A stretch of 64,000 nucleotides of DNA from NCBI RefSeq assembly GCF_009914755.1, contig NC_060929.1; one strand, 5' to 3'. Both the position numbers and the translations under genes were made by a program. The first letter of the stretch is position 1. Each line of letters opens with the position of its first letter. The notes under the pieces are model-generated. The model saw nothing but the letters and a program-made list of their open reading frames with translations, ran no database searches and had not been told where the DNA came from. This document shows positions 1 through 38,791 of this stretch, one piece after another. Source of the DNA: the human T2T-CHM13v2.0 reference genome, Homo sapiens.

Positions 1-3460
<3,460 letters not shown>

Positions 3461-3464
3461 ATTA

Positions 3465-4313
<849 letters not shown>

Positions 4314-4754
4314 TGTAGTAGTCAGTCTTCTCTAGAGGGACAGAACTAATAAAATATATATATATATATATAAAGGGGAGTTTATTAAGTATTAACTTAC
4401 ATGATCACAGCGTTCCACAATAGGCTCTCTGCAAGCTGAGGAGCAAGGAGAGCCAGTCCAAGTCCCAAAACTGAAGAACTTGGAGTCCAGTGTTCAAGGG
4501 CAGGAAGCATCCAGCACGGGAGAAAGATGTAGGCTGGGAGGCTAGGCCAGTCTCTCCTTTTCATGTTTTTCTTCCTGGTTCATATTTGCTGGCAGCTGAT
4601 TAGACTGTGCCCACCAGATTAAGGGTGAATCTGCTTTCCCTAGCCCACTGACTCAAATGTTAATCTCTTTTGGCAACACCCTCGCAGATACACCCAGGAT
4701 CAATATTTTGTATCCTTCAATCTGAAAAGTTGATGCTCAGTATTAACCATCACA
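4314..4754 (-). repeat. MLT2A 3' LTR of HERV-L
   Basis: TGTAGTAGTCAG...AACCATCACA; paralogous to 11334-11792; contains (TA)n. Confidence 0.92.
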
Positions 4755-5081
4755 AGTCTACTCCTAGTCAACTTGAACTGATACACATCTCCTGAGATCA
4801 CACATAGTCTTCAAATAAAGACAATAATAAGGTCACAATTACGCCTAACACAATACAACTATCCTTCGTACAACGGGAAACGTACCAATCCCCAAATACT
4901 ATTACATAAAGTTAACAATATTTAAATGCTGATATGAAGTCAATAAATCTTATGTCACATGATAAAGGAAAAGGAAATAAAATAAAGATATTTTCTTAGT
5001 ACAAGTTTATACATGCACAAACATGTTTTCAGCAAAAGAAGAAGGAAATACTCATGACAATTACAGTCCCTATTTCTGCAC

Positions 5082-8875
<3,794 letters not shown>

Positions 8876-8960
8876 AATGGGCTGGACACAGTGGCTCACA
8901 TCTGTAATCCCAGCAATTTGGGAGGCAGAGGCGGGCGGATCACCTGATGTCAGGAGTTCA

Positions 8961-11260
<2,300 letters not shown>

Positions 11261-11310
11261 CAGAAACCCCAAAAATGAAAGAACTCCATCCTTAACATTC
11301 TGTTCCTCTA

Positions 11311-11328
11311 GAACCACTCCTGGTACCA
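11311..11328 (-). promoter_or_regulatory. Primer-binding site for tRNA-Leu
   Basis: TGGTACCAGGAGTGGTTC just inside the 5' LTR, complementary to the 3' end ...CCACTCCTGGTACCA of tRNA-Leu(TAA) as I recall it. Confidence 0.85.
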
Positions 11329-11333
11329 AAATC

Positions 11334-11371
11334 TGTATTAGTCAGGGTTCTCTAGAGGGACAGAATAGAAG

Positions 11372-11423
<52 letters not shown>

Positions 11424-11792
11424 GAGTTTATTAAGTATTAACTCACACGATTACAAGGAATCACAATAGGCTGTCTGCAAGCAGAGGAGCAAGGAGAGAC
11501 AGTCCGAGCCCCCACAAATGAAGAACTTGGAGTCCAATGTTCGTGGGCAGGAAGCAACCAGCATGGAAGAAAGATGTAGGCTGGGAGGCTATCCTTTTCA
11601 CGTTTTTCTGCCTGCTTTACATTCGTTGGCAGCTGATTATATTGGGCCCACCAGGTTAAGGGTGAATCTGCCTTCCTCAGTCCACTGACTCAAATGTTAG
11701 TATCTTTTGACAACACCCTCACAGCCACACCCAAGATCAATACTTTGTATCCTTCGATCCAATCAAGTTAACACTCAGTACTAACCATTATA
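11334..11792 (-). repeat. MLT2A 5' LTR of HERV-L
   Basis: TGTATTAGTCAGGGTTCTCTAGAGGGACAG...AACCATTATA; contains (CA)~24. Confidence 0.92.
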
Positions 11793-11950
11793 CCATTCAT
11801 CCATTGATGGAAAAGCAGTTGATTTCAACCTGATTTGGGGTATCTAATTATTAGGGTACTTGATATAATAAATTTTTAAATGTATCAGGAAGCTAAAGAA
11901 CGAGTCATGAATAAACAAAAAATATTCATTATACCATATGGATACCATAG

Positions 11951-13630
<1,680 letters not shown>

Positions 13631-14642
13631 AATGTTTCTCATTATTATGTATGCGATTTATCTCACTGTAATTTCTAATTTTTATTGTTGGAATGTGGCA
13701 ATACAGTTTAGTCAATTTACCTTGCAGTTTTGCTAGTTCTCTTATTCTATTATTTTATCAAATTGTTTTTGGTAGTTCACTTGGTTTTTCAAAATATGCA
13801 ATCATGTTGCCTTCATATGGAAATATTGTTTACATTTTTACTTGACCAGCCTGGGTAACGTGGTGAAACCCCATCTTAAATACAAAAAAAAAAAAAAAAA
13901 AATTAACCAGACATGGTGGCATGTGCCTGTAGTGCCAGCTACTCAGGAAGCTGAGGTGAGAGGATCACTTGAGCCTGGGAGGTTGAGGCTACAATAAGCC
14001 CTGATTGCACCACTGCACTCCAGCCTGGGTGACAGAGTGAGACACTGTCTCAAAACAAACAAACAAACAAACAAACAAACAAACAAATACCAGCATCTGC
14101 ATTATTGTGTTCACTGGAAATGGTGTGGTTGTATAGACTCTAGCCCTTTCTCTTCAGTATATGAATTAACAGAACAAATACACTGGCAAAAATAGTAACT
14201 GTGATAAAATGTGAAAACAATGTATAATTTGATTTGCAAAATTCTATAACTTGTAAAAGATGGTGTTGCCATAGTCTGGATATTAAATCTTGTTTTTAAA
14301 CACATGGAATTTAGGAATTAATGTGAATTTAAATCACTCCCTATAAGTGATATAATCATATAATTATGTCCTTTTGTCTCCATTTAGGTGACCTAGTACA
14401 TTAATAATTTTAAAATTATATCAAATTATCTTTCATTATACAATATGTATCTTAATCTGCTCAGCAAACAATTGGTAAGTCTCCAATTACTTGTAGACTA
14501 CTTGTTAGACTGGGAAACTGATACAAAGGTAAACAAGACACAGTGTTTCCCCTTTAAAAAAAAAGTCATAGGCCAGGTGTGGTGGGTCCCCTCTGTAATC
14601 CCAACACTTTGGGAGGCCGAGGCAGGTGGATCAGGAGGTCAG

Positions 14643-14943
14643 TGGCCGGTTCCTGCCTTAACTGATGACATTACCTTGTGACATTCCTTCTCCTGGACAA
14701 TGAATATCAGAAGCTCCCCACCGAGCACCTTGTAACCCCCGCCCCTGCCAGCAAGAGAACAACCCCCTTTAACTGTAATTTTCCACTACCTACCCAAATC
14801 CTATAAAACTGCCTCACCCTTGTCTATCTCCCTTTGCTGACTCCTTTTTTGGACTCAGTCCGCCTGCACCCAGGCGATTAAAAAGCTTTATTGCTCACAC
14901 AAAGCCTGTTTGATGGTCTCTCTCCACATGGACGTGTGTGACA
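14643..14943 (+). mobile_element. 5'-truncated LTR7-family (HERV-H) solo LTR inserted inside an Alu (14571-15170)
   Basis: tggccggttcctgccttaactgatgacattacc...cctataaaactgcc...attaaaaagctttattgctcacacaaagcctgtttg...GACA. The Alu reads GAGGTCA | GGAGTTC across it. Confidence 0.88.
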
Positions 14944-14951
14944 GGAGTTCA

Positions 14952-15178
<227 letters not shown>

Positions 15179-15249
15179 TTAAATGCTTGAGCATTTAAAT
15201 ATTAGACATTAAGTGATTCATAATAATTCAGTCAAATAGTGTTTAGTTT

Positions 15250-20310
<5,061 letters not shown>

Positions 20311-20329
20311 AGTAAGTGAATGGTATGCA

Positions 20330-27132
<6,803 letters not shown>

Positions 27133-27955
27133 AATTTAGATTTTAAAAAGACCACTCTGTCCTTGGTGTGGAAACAGAGATGGAGAGGTCAAAGTAGAGG
27201 CAGGAAGACCACTTTGACACTGTTTTAAGCATCCAAGTGAAACAGAGTAACTTTAATCCACCCTGAAAGCCTAAAGTAATGAGACAATTGGGCAGATATG
27301 GGGGATATCAAGTAGACTTGCTTAAAAACTGGTTTTGAAGGGAGGACAATGTAATGATTTTCATATTTTCTATTTGAGACAATAAAGAGGTAGAAAACAA
27401 GGAAGAACAGCAAGAGTGGGCAGAGGGCAGAGAGGGATGAGTTCAGGTTTGGTTGTTTTGACAGAGGTGCTTTAGGGGGTCATTTCTAATGTGGGTTGAA
27501 AACATACATGGGGATCCCGGATCCCACATGGTAAATTGATTTTGTTTTGTTTTTGAGACCAAGTCTTCCTCTGTCGCCCAGGCTGGAGTGCAGTGGTGTG
27601 GGATTTCAGCTCACTGCACCTCTGTCTCCAAGGTTCAAGTGATTCTCATGCCTCAGCCTCCCAAGTAGCTGGGACTACAGGCACCCACCACCACACCCGG
27701 CTAACTTTTTTGTATTTTTGGTAGAGACGGGGTTTCACCATGTTGGTCAGGCTGGTCTCAAACTCCTGACCTCAGGTGATCTACCTGCCTTGGCCTCCCA
27801 AAGTTCTGGGATTACAGGTGTAAGACACTGCACCTGGCCCTTGATTGATTTTTAAAGTTTTATTATTTGGCTTCAATCTCATTTATATATGAGGAAAACG
27901 AAGCTCAGAAGAGTTTCAATGATTTAATGGAAGACTTAAAATATTAGAAAAAAGT

Positions 27956-27961
27956 TTTATT
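27956..27961 (-). terminator. Candidate distal polyadenylation signal AATAAA (would give a ~3.8-kb 3' UTR)
   Basis: Plus-strand TTTATT followed on the minus strand by U-rich sequence, with a second AATAAA at 27859-27864. Fits my recollection of a long NUP155 3' UTR, which I have not verified. Confidence 0.5.
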
Positions 27962-28600
27962 CTTAAGAGAATTTAAAAGAAGACATTAATAGAAAATGAA
28001 AAGAAATTGTGAACCCTTTCAAAACCTTTCAATTCAATGTTCTAGTTCTTCATTTCCTTGATACAACTCTGTACCATGGTCATAATTTTTCCGTCTCATG
28101 AATAGGAGGAAAAATGACAGGAATGGAGACTACCCTGAGGAATACTTTTGAGATCAGTGGATAGGTGTTCAATGAATAAGTCAGGTATACCTAAAGAAAC
28201 ACTAAATGTACATGTACATCAGTCAGTATCTCATAGCATAAACAGTTAGTCAAGATAGCTTTCTCTTTCCTAACCGTTTTGCCATACTACAATGATCTAG
28301 TTAAAATACAAATTTCACAACTTCAATGATTCTTCACTGCCCACAATTAACGCACTGTTTCATAGACTATGTTCTACCAATTATACATTGCCTACATATA
28401 ATAGTCACTATAAAGAAATAATGGACAGGCATGGTGGCTCATGCCTATAATCCCAGCACTTTGGGAGACTGAGGCAGGGGAATCACTTAAGGCCAGGAGT
28501 TTTGAGAGCAGTCTGGGCAACAGAGTGAGATCTTTTGGCTACACAAAAAATTAAAAAAAAAAAAAAAAAAAAAGTAGGGGGGGTGGGGGGGGTGGGGCTA

Positions 28601-28735
<135 letters not shown>

Positions 28736-30557
28736 TTAGCCAGGCATGGTGGCGCATGCCTGTAATCTCAGCTACTCGGGAGGCTGAGGCAGAAGAATTG
28801 CTTGAACCCAGGAAGTGGAGGTTGTGGTGAGCCAAGATCGTGCCATTGCACTCCAGCCTGGGCAACAAGAGCAAAACTCAGTCTCATAAAAAAGGCTGTG
28901 GTGAGCCAAGATTGTGCCATTGCACTCCAGCCTGGGCAACAAGAGCAAAACTCAGTCTCAAACAAACAAACAGACAATAGCAGGGTGTAGCAGCACGTGC
29001 CTGTAGTCCCAGCTATTTAAGAGGATGAGGTGGGAAGACTGAGTTGAGCCCAGGAGCTCGAGGCTGCAGTGAGCCAAGATCATGCCACTGCACTCCAGGG
29101 CAAGCCCTTGTCTTCAAAAAACAAAAAAATTCAAAAAAGTAATGCGTTGAACAAACACCAAGTACAAAGTATACTAATACAGTGGATAAATGCTACTCCA
29201 ACTCTGATCCACTGACTGCCAGGATCAGCATGACACTACAGATGGAACTCAAGAATCTGTCATAACAGGCTATCCGGCTGATTGTTCTGAATGTGAAAGT
29301 TTTAGAAACACTGTTCCAAGGGTAAAAATGAGGGGACCTAATTTCTTCTCTCTTAGGAATCTTACCCCCCAAAAGGTATTGCAAGCATCTGTTGTGGGGC
29401 TGGAATTCCTAAAACCTCTCAAAGCATGCTGTGTGAATAAAAGGACAGTGTTCAGATTTCTGACTCTAACAGACCATCTAACCATGGAAGCCTACAGCCC
29501 TTTTAAAACATGTACTTTCAATGTTGTGAGCTGAGTATATATAACAACATATTGCTAGTATGTAAATGTGCTTAAAACAAAAATGAAGTTCTTATCTCTA
29601 GCAGAACTGGAGTCACACCTAAATTACAACATTCAGACAAGGCCTTCCTTTTAAGTAGACATGACAGAATTTTAAATTTATAAAACGAATTAATGTATCG
29701 CATACATTCACTTTACATATTCAAAAAACGCTAAACTTAAGAAACTGAAAAGTTGAAAAATAAGAGGTAGTAGTACCCACTGAGTGACGTTCTGGCATTC
29801 TATTAAATATTCTACATTAGAAGATTATAGGGAAAAGGGAGCTGAATTCTAAGAGAACAAATGTAGAGAAGGCAACCCTATGGTCTTGGGAAAAGACAAT
29901 AATGGAAGGAAAAATATATTCAAAATGTATTGTACAAATTGTTAGACATGCATCACTTACAATAAACAGAAGGTAATTATTTGTGGTAGCATAAAGAGAG
30001 AAGGGAATAGGCCAGGCACATTGGCTCACGTCTGTAATCTCAACACTTTGGGAGGTGGAGGCGGGCAGATCACTTGAGGTCAGGAGTTCAAGACCAGCCT
30101 GGCCAACATGGTGAAACCCATCTCTACTAAAAATACAAAAATTAGCTGGGTATGGTGGCGCACACCTGCAATCCCAGCTACTCGAGAGGCTGAGGCAGGC
30201 AAATTGCTTCAAACCTGTGAGGCAGAGGTTGCAGTGAGCCGGGATCGCACCACTGCACTCCAGGCTGGGCTACAGGGTGAGATTCTGTCTCCAAAAAAAA
30301 AAAAAAGAGAGAAAGGAATAGAGTGTTTTGTTAGCTCTGGTCATTCCCACTCTTCTTCTCTCTTGTTGCTATTACTTTGAAGCATTTGGTTTGGTTATTC
30401 TATTTTGTTAAGGAATAATTAAAAAGTACATTACTAACAGTTTTGCTTTATATATTGTGTGCCTTGGGCAAAATTTGTGTGTGTGGTTATTCACAGAGGA
30501 GGAGCCAGATAGGTAGCTCAGTCCATAAACTATGGAAGGTAGCAGTATCCTTTACTG

Positions 30558-30757
30558 CAGTGGCTTTCAAATTTGACATGCACCAAAATCTCCTGGAGAG
30601 CTTGTTAAAACATAGAAAGCAGGGCCTCATCCCCCACGTTTTTGATTCAGTAGGTCTGGGTTGGGGCTCGAGAATTTGCATTTCTAACAAATTCCTAGGT
30701 GATGCTGATGCTGATGCTGATGCTTCTGGTTTGGAGCACATACTTTGAGAACCACTG
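30558..30757. mobile_element. MER5A hAT MITE within the putative NUP155 3' UTR
   Basis: TIRs CAGTGG...CCACTG; internal gattcagtaggtctggg...gaatttgcatttctaaca...ggtgatgctgatgctg. Confidence 0.85.
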
Positions 30758-31669
30758 CTCTAATGGAATCAGTAGTCACAAGGCCAAGCAGCCAGGTAGA
30801 CACTAAGGGAAAACAGTACCTCCCTGTGTAGGTTTTCAGGACACAACATTAGTTACAAGTTTTATCACCTGCTCAACCAGGTATATAGCTATGTCAATTC
30901 TCAAGGGCTTTAACTGACAAAACCAGTTGTTAGAGGACAGTTCTTTCAAGGGTGAACCCAACACCTAAAAAAAGTTTTGAAAAAGTCAGTTATTTGCCTA
31001 TTTAAGGACGGTTTTAGAATCCACTATTATGGGAATGGATCTGCTTAGCCTATTTGAGGTTTTTTTGTTTTTTGAGACAGAGTCTCGCCCTGTTGCCTGG
31101 GCTGGAGTGCAATGGTGCGATTTTGACTCACTGAAACCTCTGCCTCCCGGGTTCAAGTGATTCGCCTCCCTCAGCCTCCCGAGTAGCTGGGATTACAGGC
31201 GCCCGCCACCACGCCTGGCTATTTTTTTTTGTATTTTTAGTAGAGATGGGGTTTCACCATGTTGGCCAGGTTGGTCTCAAACTCTTGGCCTCGTGATTCG
31301 CCCACCTTGGCCTCCCAAAGTGCTGGGATTACAGGTGTAAGTCACTGTGCCTGGCCGCCTAGTGGAGTTTTAATGCCAATATCCTTGGACTAACTTGAAA
31401 ATGAATAATATAAATTCGAAATTTCTGCCTGCAGTACAATTCAAAATAAGAGTTTCTAAATTTTTTTAATCCTTATGTTAAAATAATAAATAATCTCATT
31501 TCAGTTGTTTTTTCACCCAATTACTAAAAAACAAAATAGTCATAAAAAAGAATTCATTTAGCAAAGGTACTATTTGTAGATATTAGCCACTTATTAAAAA
31601 CATATTTCTATTAAGATTGTTCTTACATTCTTAGATTTAGAACACCTGATATCTGGACCCAGCTGAGTT

Positions 31670-31675
31670 TTTATT
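31670..31675 (-). terminator. Candidate proximal polyadenylation signal AATAAA of NUP155
   Basis: Plus-strand TTTATT about 40 nt past the stop codon. An ATTAAA variant lies at 31465-31470. Usage cannot be seen from sequence. Confidence 0.45.
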
Positions 31676-31713
31676 TTACAGATCATAAAACGGATGAAAG
31701 TATATCACAGTAA

Positions 31714-31852
31714 TTAATGAAGCCGTTCTAATTTAGCTTGAAGAGATTTAAAATTCCCAGTGATGGCTTGTACTGCTACTGACGAGCTCATAGACTGGAG
31801 CTCAACAAGGTAACCACAAACAGCATCCAGGCAGAGATTTGTAAATCTTCTC
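31714..31852 (-). CDS. NUP155: NUP155 terminal exon, coding part with TAA stop
   Basis: ttgtag|GAGAAGATTT...CTTCATTAA; [45 protein letters not shown]. Confidence 0.96.
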
Positions 31853-31988
31853 CTACAACGAAAAAGACACATGATTAATTATACATTTACAAACATTTCC
31901 TCCTGCAGGACTTCTTCCCCACCAACTTCTGGCAACTTTAATTCTCACAGGAGAGGAAAGACCATGTGATTAAGTAAATAAGAAATAA

Positions 31989-32328
<340 letters not shown>

Positions 32329-32692
32329 TGAAGATTTTTACAATGAGAAGAAAGCAGTAAGAGATGATTCCTGCTAATATTCTTTTTCAAAAGAATATCC
32401 CTTAAATGGCCAATAATATCACAAAGACATAATTGAAATGTTTTGGTCCTAGATCACTAATCTAAAGTAGAAGAAATGAATACATTATGTATGTTCAGCT
32501 GTAGAAAGGATTTAGGACAAGGGTTGAAAATGGAAAAAACTCCTATTTTTCATACATGGTGATCAATATCATTCAAATAGTTATTGCTAATATACACAAG
32601 AATCTTCCCATCTTCTCTTCAAATTTTTTACCCAGGTATTTATTAGAAGCATTTAAAAGCTTTTGCTGATCCAATATTTAATTCATAAGTAC

Positions 32693-32799
32693 CTTTCACA
32701 ATTTAAAACTTGGCTGGGATTCTCAACATATCTTATCAATAATACATGTATACAATCCAAAAGGTGCAGTGGCTTCTTCATTCTGTTCCAGAATGGATC
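32693..32799 (-). CDS. NUP155: NUP155 exon (~34), 107 nt
   Basis: tcatag|GATCCATTC...GAAAG|gtactt; [35 protein letters not shown]. Confidence 0.95.
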
Positions 32800-33531
32800 C
32801 TATGAAGAAATATACATAATGAAATGTGAGGCAAATTGTGTCAATTGATTATTTAAATCATTTATACTAAAGTAGACATCAGGATCCATGCAAAACTTAT
32901 CGCTATTAAAAAGCATTTAATATCACATGGCTACTAAATTATATATCTGATTATAGTTAATATTTCAAACAACATTAAAAACTTATTAATTAACAACACT
33001 ATGATATTACTTAGGAGGCATATTTGATATACCAATCTACTTTGCAGAGCATGTAAATGTCCCGCTTAGGAATCTGAGATAAGAGAAAAATCTTTCTTTC
33101 TATGGGTTGTGACACCACTTTTACTTTGAACCTATGCAGATTTAGTCTGACATCATAAAGAGACTAAACTAGCAGTAACAGAAACTTAATTCTAGGTCTG
33201 GCTTCACCAGTTACTAGCCATGTGACTTAAGCAGGTTATTTAACATCTCTGCTCTTGTTTTTTGCAATATAAGATGGAGATACTACAGTTACCTGCTCAT
33301 TTCCATCACAGGCTAATGTTGTAAAGCACTGTGTGATGCTGCTATAAAAGACACAATCTACTTTGACAAGTTTTTATTTGGATCTTTTATCCTTAGCATA
33401 AAAATTACAAAACATATAGTCTGATAAGGTTCAGCAGGGTGAGAAGGATCTTTAAGCACTGATATTTTAGATGAGGTTATAGTAAATAAATACAATGTAA
33501 TCTTGTTCTTTTAAAGCAAATGATGATTCTT

Positions 33532-33842
<311 letters not shown>

Positions 33843-34141
33843 AAAGCAAATGATGATTCTTAATGTAATGAGTTTAGCCCACACCTTGGTTTAGCCTCTT
33901 TCACCAAGAGTAAAGCATATTTATTAATATTCAAAAATAATATTTCATTTTAATCATGATATACAGGAAAGCAACTCTCATTATCAGTTTAAAAAGTCAA
34001 AAGCATAATTTCCAAGACTCAACCAAGTGTAATTAGACTAAGTGATAGGATACAAAAATGCAATCAAAATACCCCACTCTATATCTACAAAGTTACTTTA
34101 ATTAAAGAAAATAATTTTATGTTATTTAATATTTTCCTTAC

Positions 34142-34278
34142 CCGTGATTTGAACAACTGATCATAAACTTCTAGTAGTCTAGGTAATGGTACTCCAATTT
34201 CATTCATTGTCTGTATTACGAAGCCCACATCCCAGTTCAAAGTACAAACCTGCTGTTCTAAAAACTGTACAATAAAAT
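34142..34278 (-). CDS. NUP155: NUP155 exon (~33), 137 nt
   Basis: tcccag|ATTTTATTG...TCACGG|gtaagg; [45 protein letters not shown] (inside ORF 34085..34393). Confidence 0.95.
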
Positions 34279-34854
34279 CTGGGAAGAAAAAAAAAGATCG
34301 GAAATTTGGATTTTTAGCTCTTGATACTAAAAGGTAGGTCTTATTCATAACTGAATAGTTTCTAGGGGGATATCTTCTGAAATCCAATTGCAATTTTTTG
34401 GGGCGGGGGGTTTTTTTTGCTATGTTGCCCAGACTAGAAATAGTGGCTATTCATAGGAGCAACTACAGTGCACGACAGCCTTGAAATCCTGAGCTCAATC
34501 CTCCCACCTCAACCTCCCAAGTAAGCTGGGGCTACAAGTGTGCACCATCACTCTCAGCTTAAAAGAAAAAAAAAGTTTTTTTTAAATAAAAGTAAGATAT
34601 ATACCAGAACAGGCAAATCTAAAGTAGATTAGTGGCTGCCTAGGGCTGGAGGGTGTGAAGGAATGGGAAGTGACAACTAATGAGCACAGAGTTTCTTTTT
34701 GGGATGATGAAAATGTCCTAAAATTAAAATTACAGAACCTAGAAAACTCAGAAAGATATAAGAAGAAAACAGAGACGATTCACGATCCCAATATTGAAGA
34801 GGACTTCACTGATAATTTTTTTTAGTAACAGTATTTAAAAAAAATAGGTTTCCT

Positions 34855-36498
34855 GTCCCTGTCCCTCTCCCTGTCCCTCTCCCCTCTTTCCAAGGTCTCC
34901 CTCTGATGCCGAGCCGAAGCTGGACTGTACTGCTATCTCGGCTCACTGCAACCTCCCTGCCTGATTCTCCTGCCTCAGCCTGCCGAGTGCCTGCGATTGC
35001 AGGTGCGCGCCGCCACGCCTGACTGGTTTTCGTATTTTTTGGGTGGAGACGGGGTTTTGCTGTGTTGGCCGGGCTGGTCTCCAGCTCCTAACCGCGAGTG
35101 ATCCGCCAGCCTCGGCCTCCAGAGGTGCCGGGATTGCAGACGGAGTCTCCTTCACTCAGTGCTCAATGGTGCCCAGGCTGGAGTGCAGTGGCGTGATCTC
35201 GGCTCCCTACAACATCCACCTCCCAGCAGCCTGCCTTGGCCTCCCAAAGTGCCGAGATTGCAGCCTCTGCCCGGCCGCCACCCTGTCTGGGAAGTGAGGA
35301 GCGTCTCTGCCTGGCCGCCCATCGTCTGGGATGTGAGGAGCCCCTCTGCCTGGCTGCCCAGTCTGGAAAGTGAGGAGCATCTCTGCCCAGCCGCCATCCC
35401 ATCTAGGAAGTGAGGAGCGCCTCTTCCCGGCCGCCATCCCATCTAGGAAGTGAGGAGCGTCTCTGCCCGGCCACCCATCATCTGAGATGTGGGGAGCGCC
35501 TCTGCCCTGTCGCCCCGTCCGGGATGTGAGGAGCGTCTCTGCCCGGCCACCCCGTCTGAGAAGTGAGGAGACCCTCTGCCTGGCAACCGCCCTGTCTGAG
35601 AAGTGAGGAGCCCCTCCGCCCAGCAGCCGCCCCGTCTGAGAAGTGAGGAGCCCCTCCGCCCGGCAGCCACCCCGTCCGGGAGGGAGGTTGGGGGGTCAGC
35701 CCCCCGCCTGGCCAGCCGCCCCGTCCGGGAGGTGAGGGGCGCCTCTGCCCGGCCGCCCCTACTGGGAAGTGAGGAGCCCCTCTGCCCGGCCAGCCGCCCC
35801 ATCCGGGAGGGAGGAGGGGGGGGTCAGCCCCCCGCCCGGCCAGCCGCCCTGTCCGGGAGGGAGGTGGGGGGGTCAGCCCCCCGCCCGGCCAGCCGCCCCG
35901 TCCGGGAGGTGAGGGGCACCTCTGCCCGGCCGCCCCTACTGGGAAGTGAGGAGCCCCTCTGCCCGGCCACCACCCCATCTGGGAGGTGTGCCCAACAGCT
36001 CATTGAGAACGGGCCATGATGACAATGGCAGTTTTGTGGAATAGAAAGGGGGGAAAGGTGGGGAAAAGATTGAGAAATCGGATGGTTGCCGTGTCTGTAT
36101 AGAAAGAGGTAGACATGGGAGACTTTTCATTTTGTTCTGTACTAAGAAAAATTCTTCTGCCTTGGGATCCTGTTGATCTGTGACCTTACCCCCAACCCTG
36201 TGCTCTCTGAAACATGTGCTGTGTCCACTCAGGGTTAAATGGATTAAGGGCGGTGCAAGATGTGCTTTGTTAAACAGACGCTTGAAGGCAGCATGCGGCA
36301 GCATGCTTGTTAAGAGTCATCACCACTCCCTAATCTCAAGTACCCAGGGACACAAACGCTGCGGAAGGCAGCCGCAGGGTCCTCTGCCTAGGAAAACCAG
36401 AGACCTTTGTTCACTTGTTTATCTGCTGACCTTCCCTCCACTATTGTCCTGTGACCCTGCCAAATCCCCCTCTGCGAGAAACACCCAAGAATGATCAA

Positions 36499-36525
<27 letters not shown>
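34855..36525 (+). mobile_element. Full-structure SVA retrotransposon, antisense to NUP155
   Basis: Short CCCT(G/C)T hexamer head, Alu-like domain, GC-rich VNTR (~35260-35990), SINE-R, AATAAA plus (TAAA)n tail, TSD AAATAGGTTTCCT (34842-34854 / 36526-36538). Confidence 0.96.
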
Positions 36526-36529
<4 letters not shown>

Positions 36530-36706
36530 AGGTTTCCTCACTTTAACAGCTTTTCAGAAAAGGGCAACTGCATCCTGATTTCAGAAATATTAAATGTGTT
36601 TTTTAATGCCCCACCCCTAGATTTATTTGACAGTTCTAACTGTGGCCTCATTCTTACTTTTAACTGCCTATCTTATCATAAACAGTAACAGCCAAATTTA
36701 TAGTTA

Positions 36707-36856
<150 letters not shown>

Positions 36857-37153
36857 CTAATTCAAGACTAGCTTGGGCAACACCATGAGATCCCTTCTCT
36901 ATCAAAAGAAAAAAATATATATATATAAGTAAAACATAGAAATCCTCCTAACTCAGCCTGATTAGCTAGGACTATAGGCACGTGCTACCATGCCTAGCTA
37001 ATCTTAATTTTTTTTGTAGAGACGGGGCTTGCTATGCCCAGGCTGGTCTCAAACTCCTGGCTTCAAGCAATCTTCCTGCCTTTGCCTCTCCAAAGTGTTG
37101 AGATTACAGGTGTGAGCCACCACACAAAGCCCACATGATTATTTCTAAATTAA

Positions 37154-37594
<441 letters not shown>

Positions 37595-37953
37595 TAGGAT
37601 CAATAAAATGGTATGGAAAGGGAACCGTTTCCATATTATACCTACAAAAGTAAGGGTATGAATAAAATGGTTTTATTTCTGACTATGTCCAGAGGGAATA
37701 GACCCTAAGTCAGAGATGGTCTGTAAACAAGTTTGAATGCTCATTTGAAAAAAAAAAAAAAAAAATTAGGCTGGGCACAGTGGCGAACGCCTTTAATCCC
37801 AGCACCTTGGGAGGCCAAGGCAAGCGGATCACCTGAGGCCAGGAGTTTGAGACCAGCCTAGACAACATGGGGAAACCTCATTTCTAATAAAAATACAGAA
37901 AATTAGCCAGGCGTGGTTGCAGGCACCTGTAATCCCACCTACTTGGGAGGCTA

Positions 37954-38067
<114 letters not shown>

Positions 38068-38680
38068 TTATATTGTGAGGATTTTCATGTCTCTCAATAT
38101 TTTTAAATAACACAAAAGTAGTTGATATTCTAATTTATGGATGTATTTATGTTGCTTCTATTGTTTTACCACTGAGGAAAACACTTGTAGGTTGGCAAAT
38201 AGCTCATAATTAGCTACCTTATTTAAAAATTATAGCCACCATATCTCATTAAGAAAGGGATTCAAACACTAAGTTTTAACATAATTATTTGCTATTTTAA
38301 AGAAAAACATGCCCTCAACATAAAAAAAGAACAGTTGAATCAATCACAGATTACCTATGCACAAAAACATCAACCGTTTTTCTTTTCTCTTCAGAAACTT
38401 GTATAGGGTTACCAACAATATAATCATAGTTTGTCAGTCAGCACAATCCTAAGACAGGTAATATAAACTTGGAAAGTTAGTCACAGAAAGTTTCATACTC
38501 AACTCTTCATTAACAAATTCTGCCATTCTTTGGAAGTCTTTCCGGAGAGGCAGAATTAAAGTGCTGAACTAAATAGCAAAGAAACTCTTTATTTTACTCG
38601 AAAGATCGTTATTTGTCCATATCAACGGAGAAAACCATCAGAACAGAAAATACGTGACTGCACCTAAGATCACAGCTTAC

Positions 38681-38791
38681 CTAAAGGAAAGAAGCGTGGT
38701 GTGCCAGCATAAATTTTGCCAAGGAGAACAATCTTGAGACTAAGAGCATGCATTCTATCCGAGGAGCTCAATGTCACACTGTCACTCAATT
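38681..38791 (-). CDS. NUP155: NUP155 exon (~32), 111 nt
   Basis: ttacag|AATTGAGTG...TTTAG|gtaagc; [36 protein letters not shown]. Confidence 0.95.

Noticed and set aside
35260-35990. CpG-island promoter or CRISPR-like repeat array
   Set aside because: This is the SVA VNTR, with tandem units and no unique spacers. The DNA is eukaryotic with no cas genes.
34943-36494. Overlapping GC-rich ORFs up to 166 aa
   Set aside because: They come from the stop-poor SVA VNTR and SINE-R sequence.
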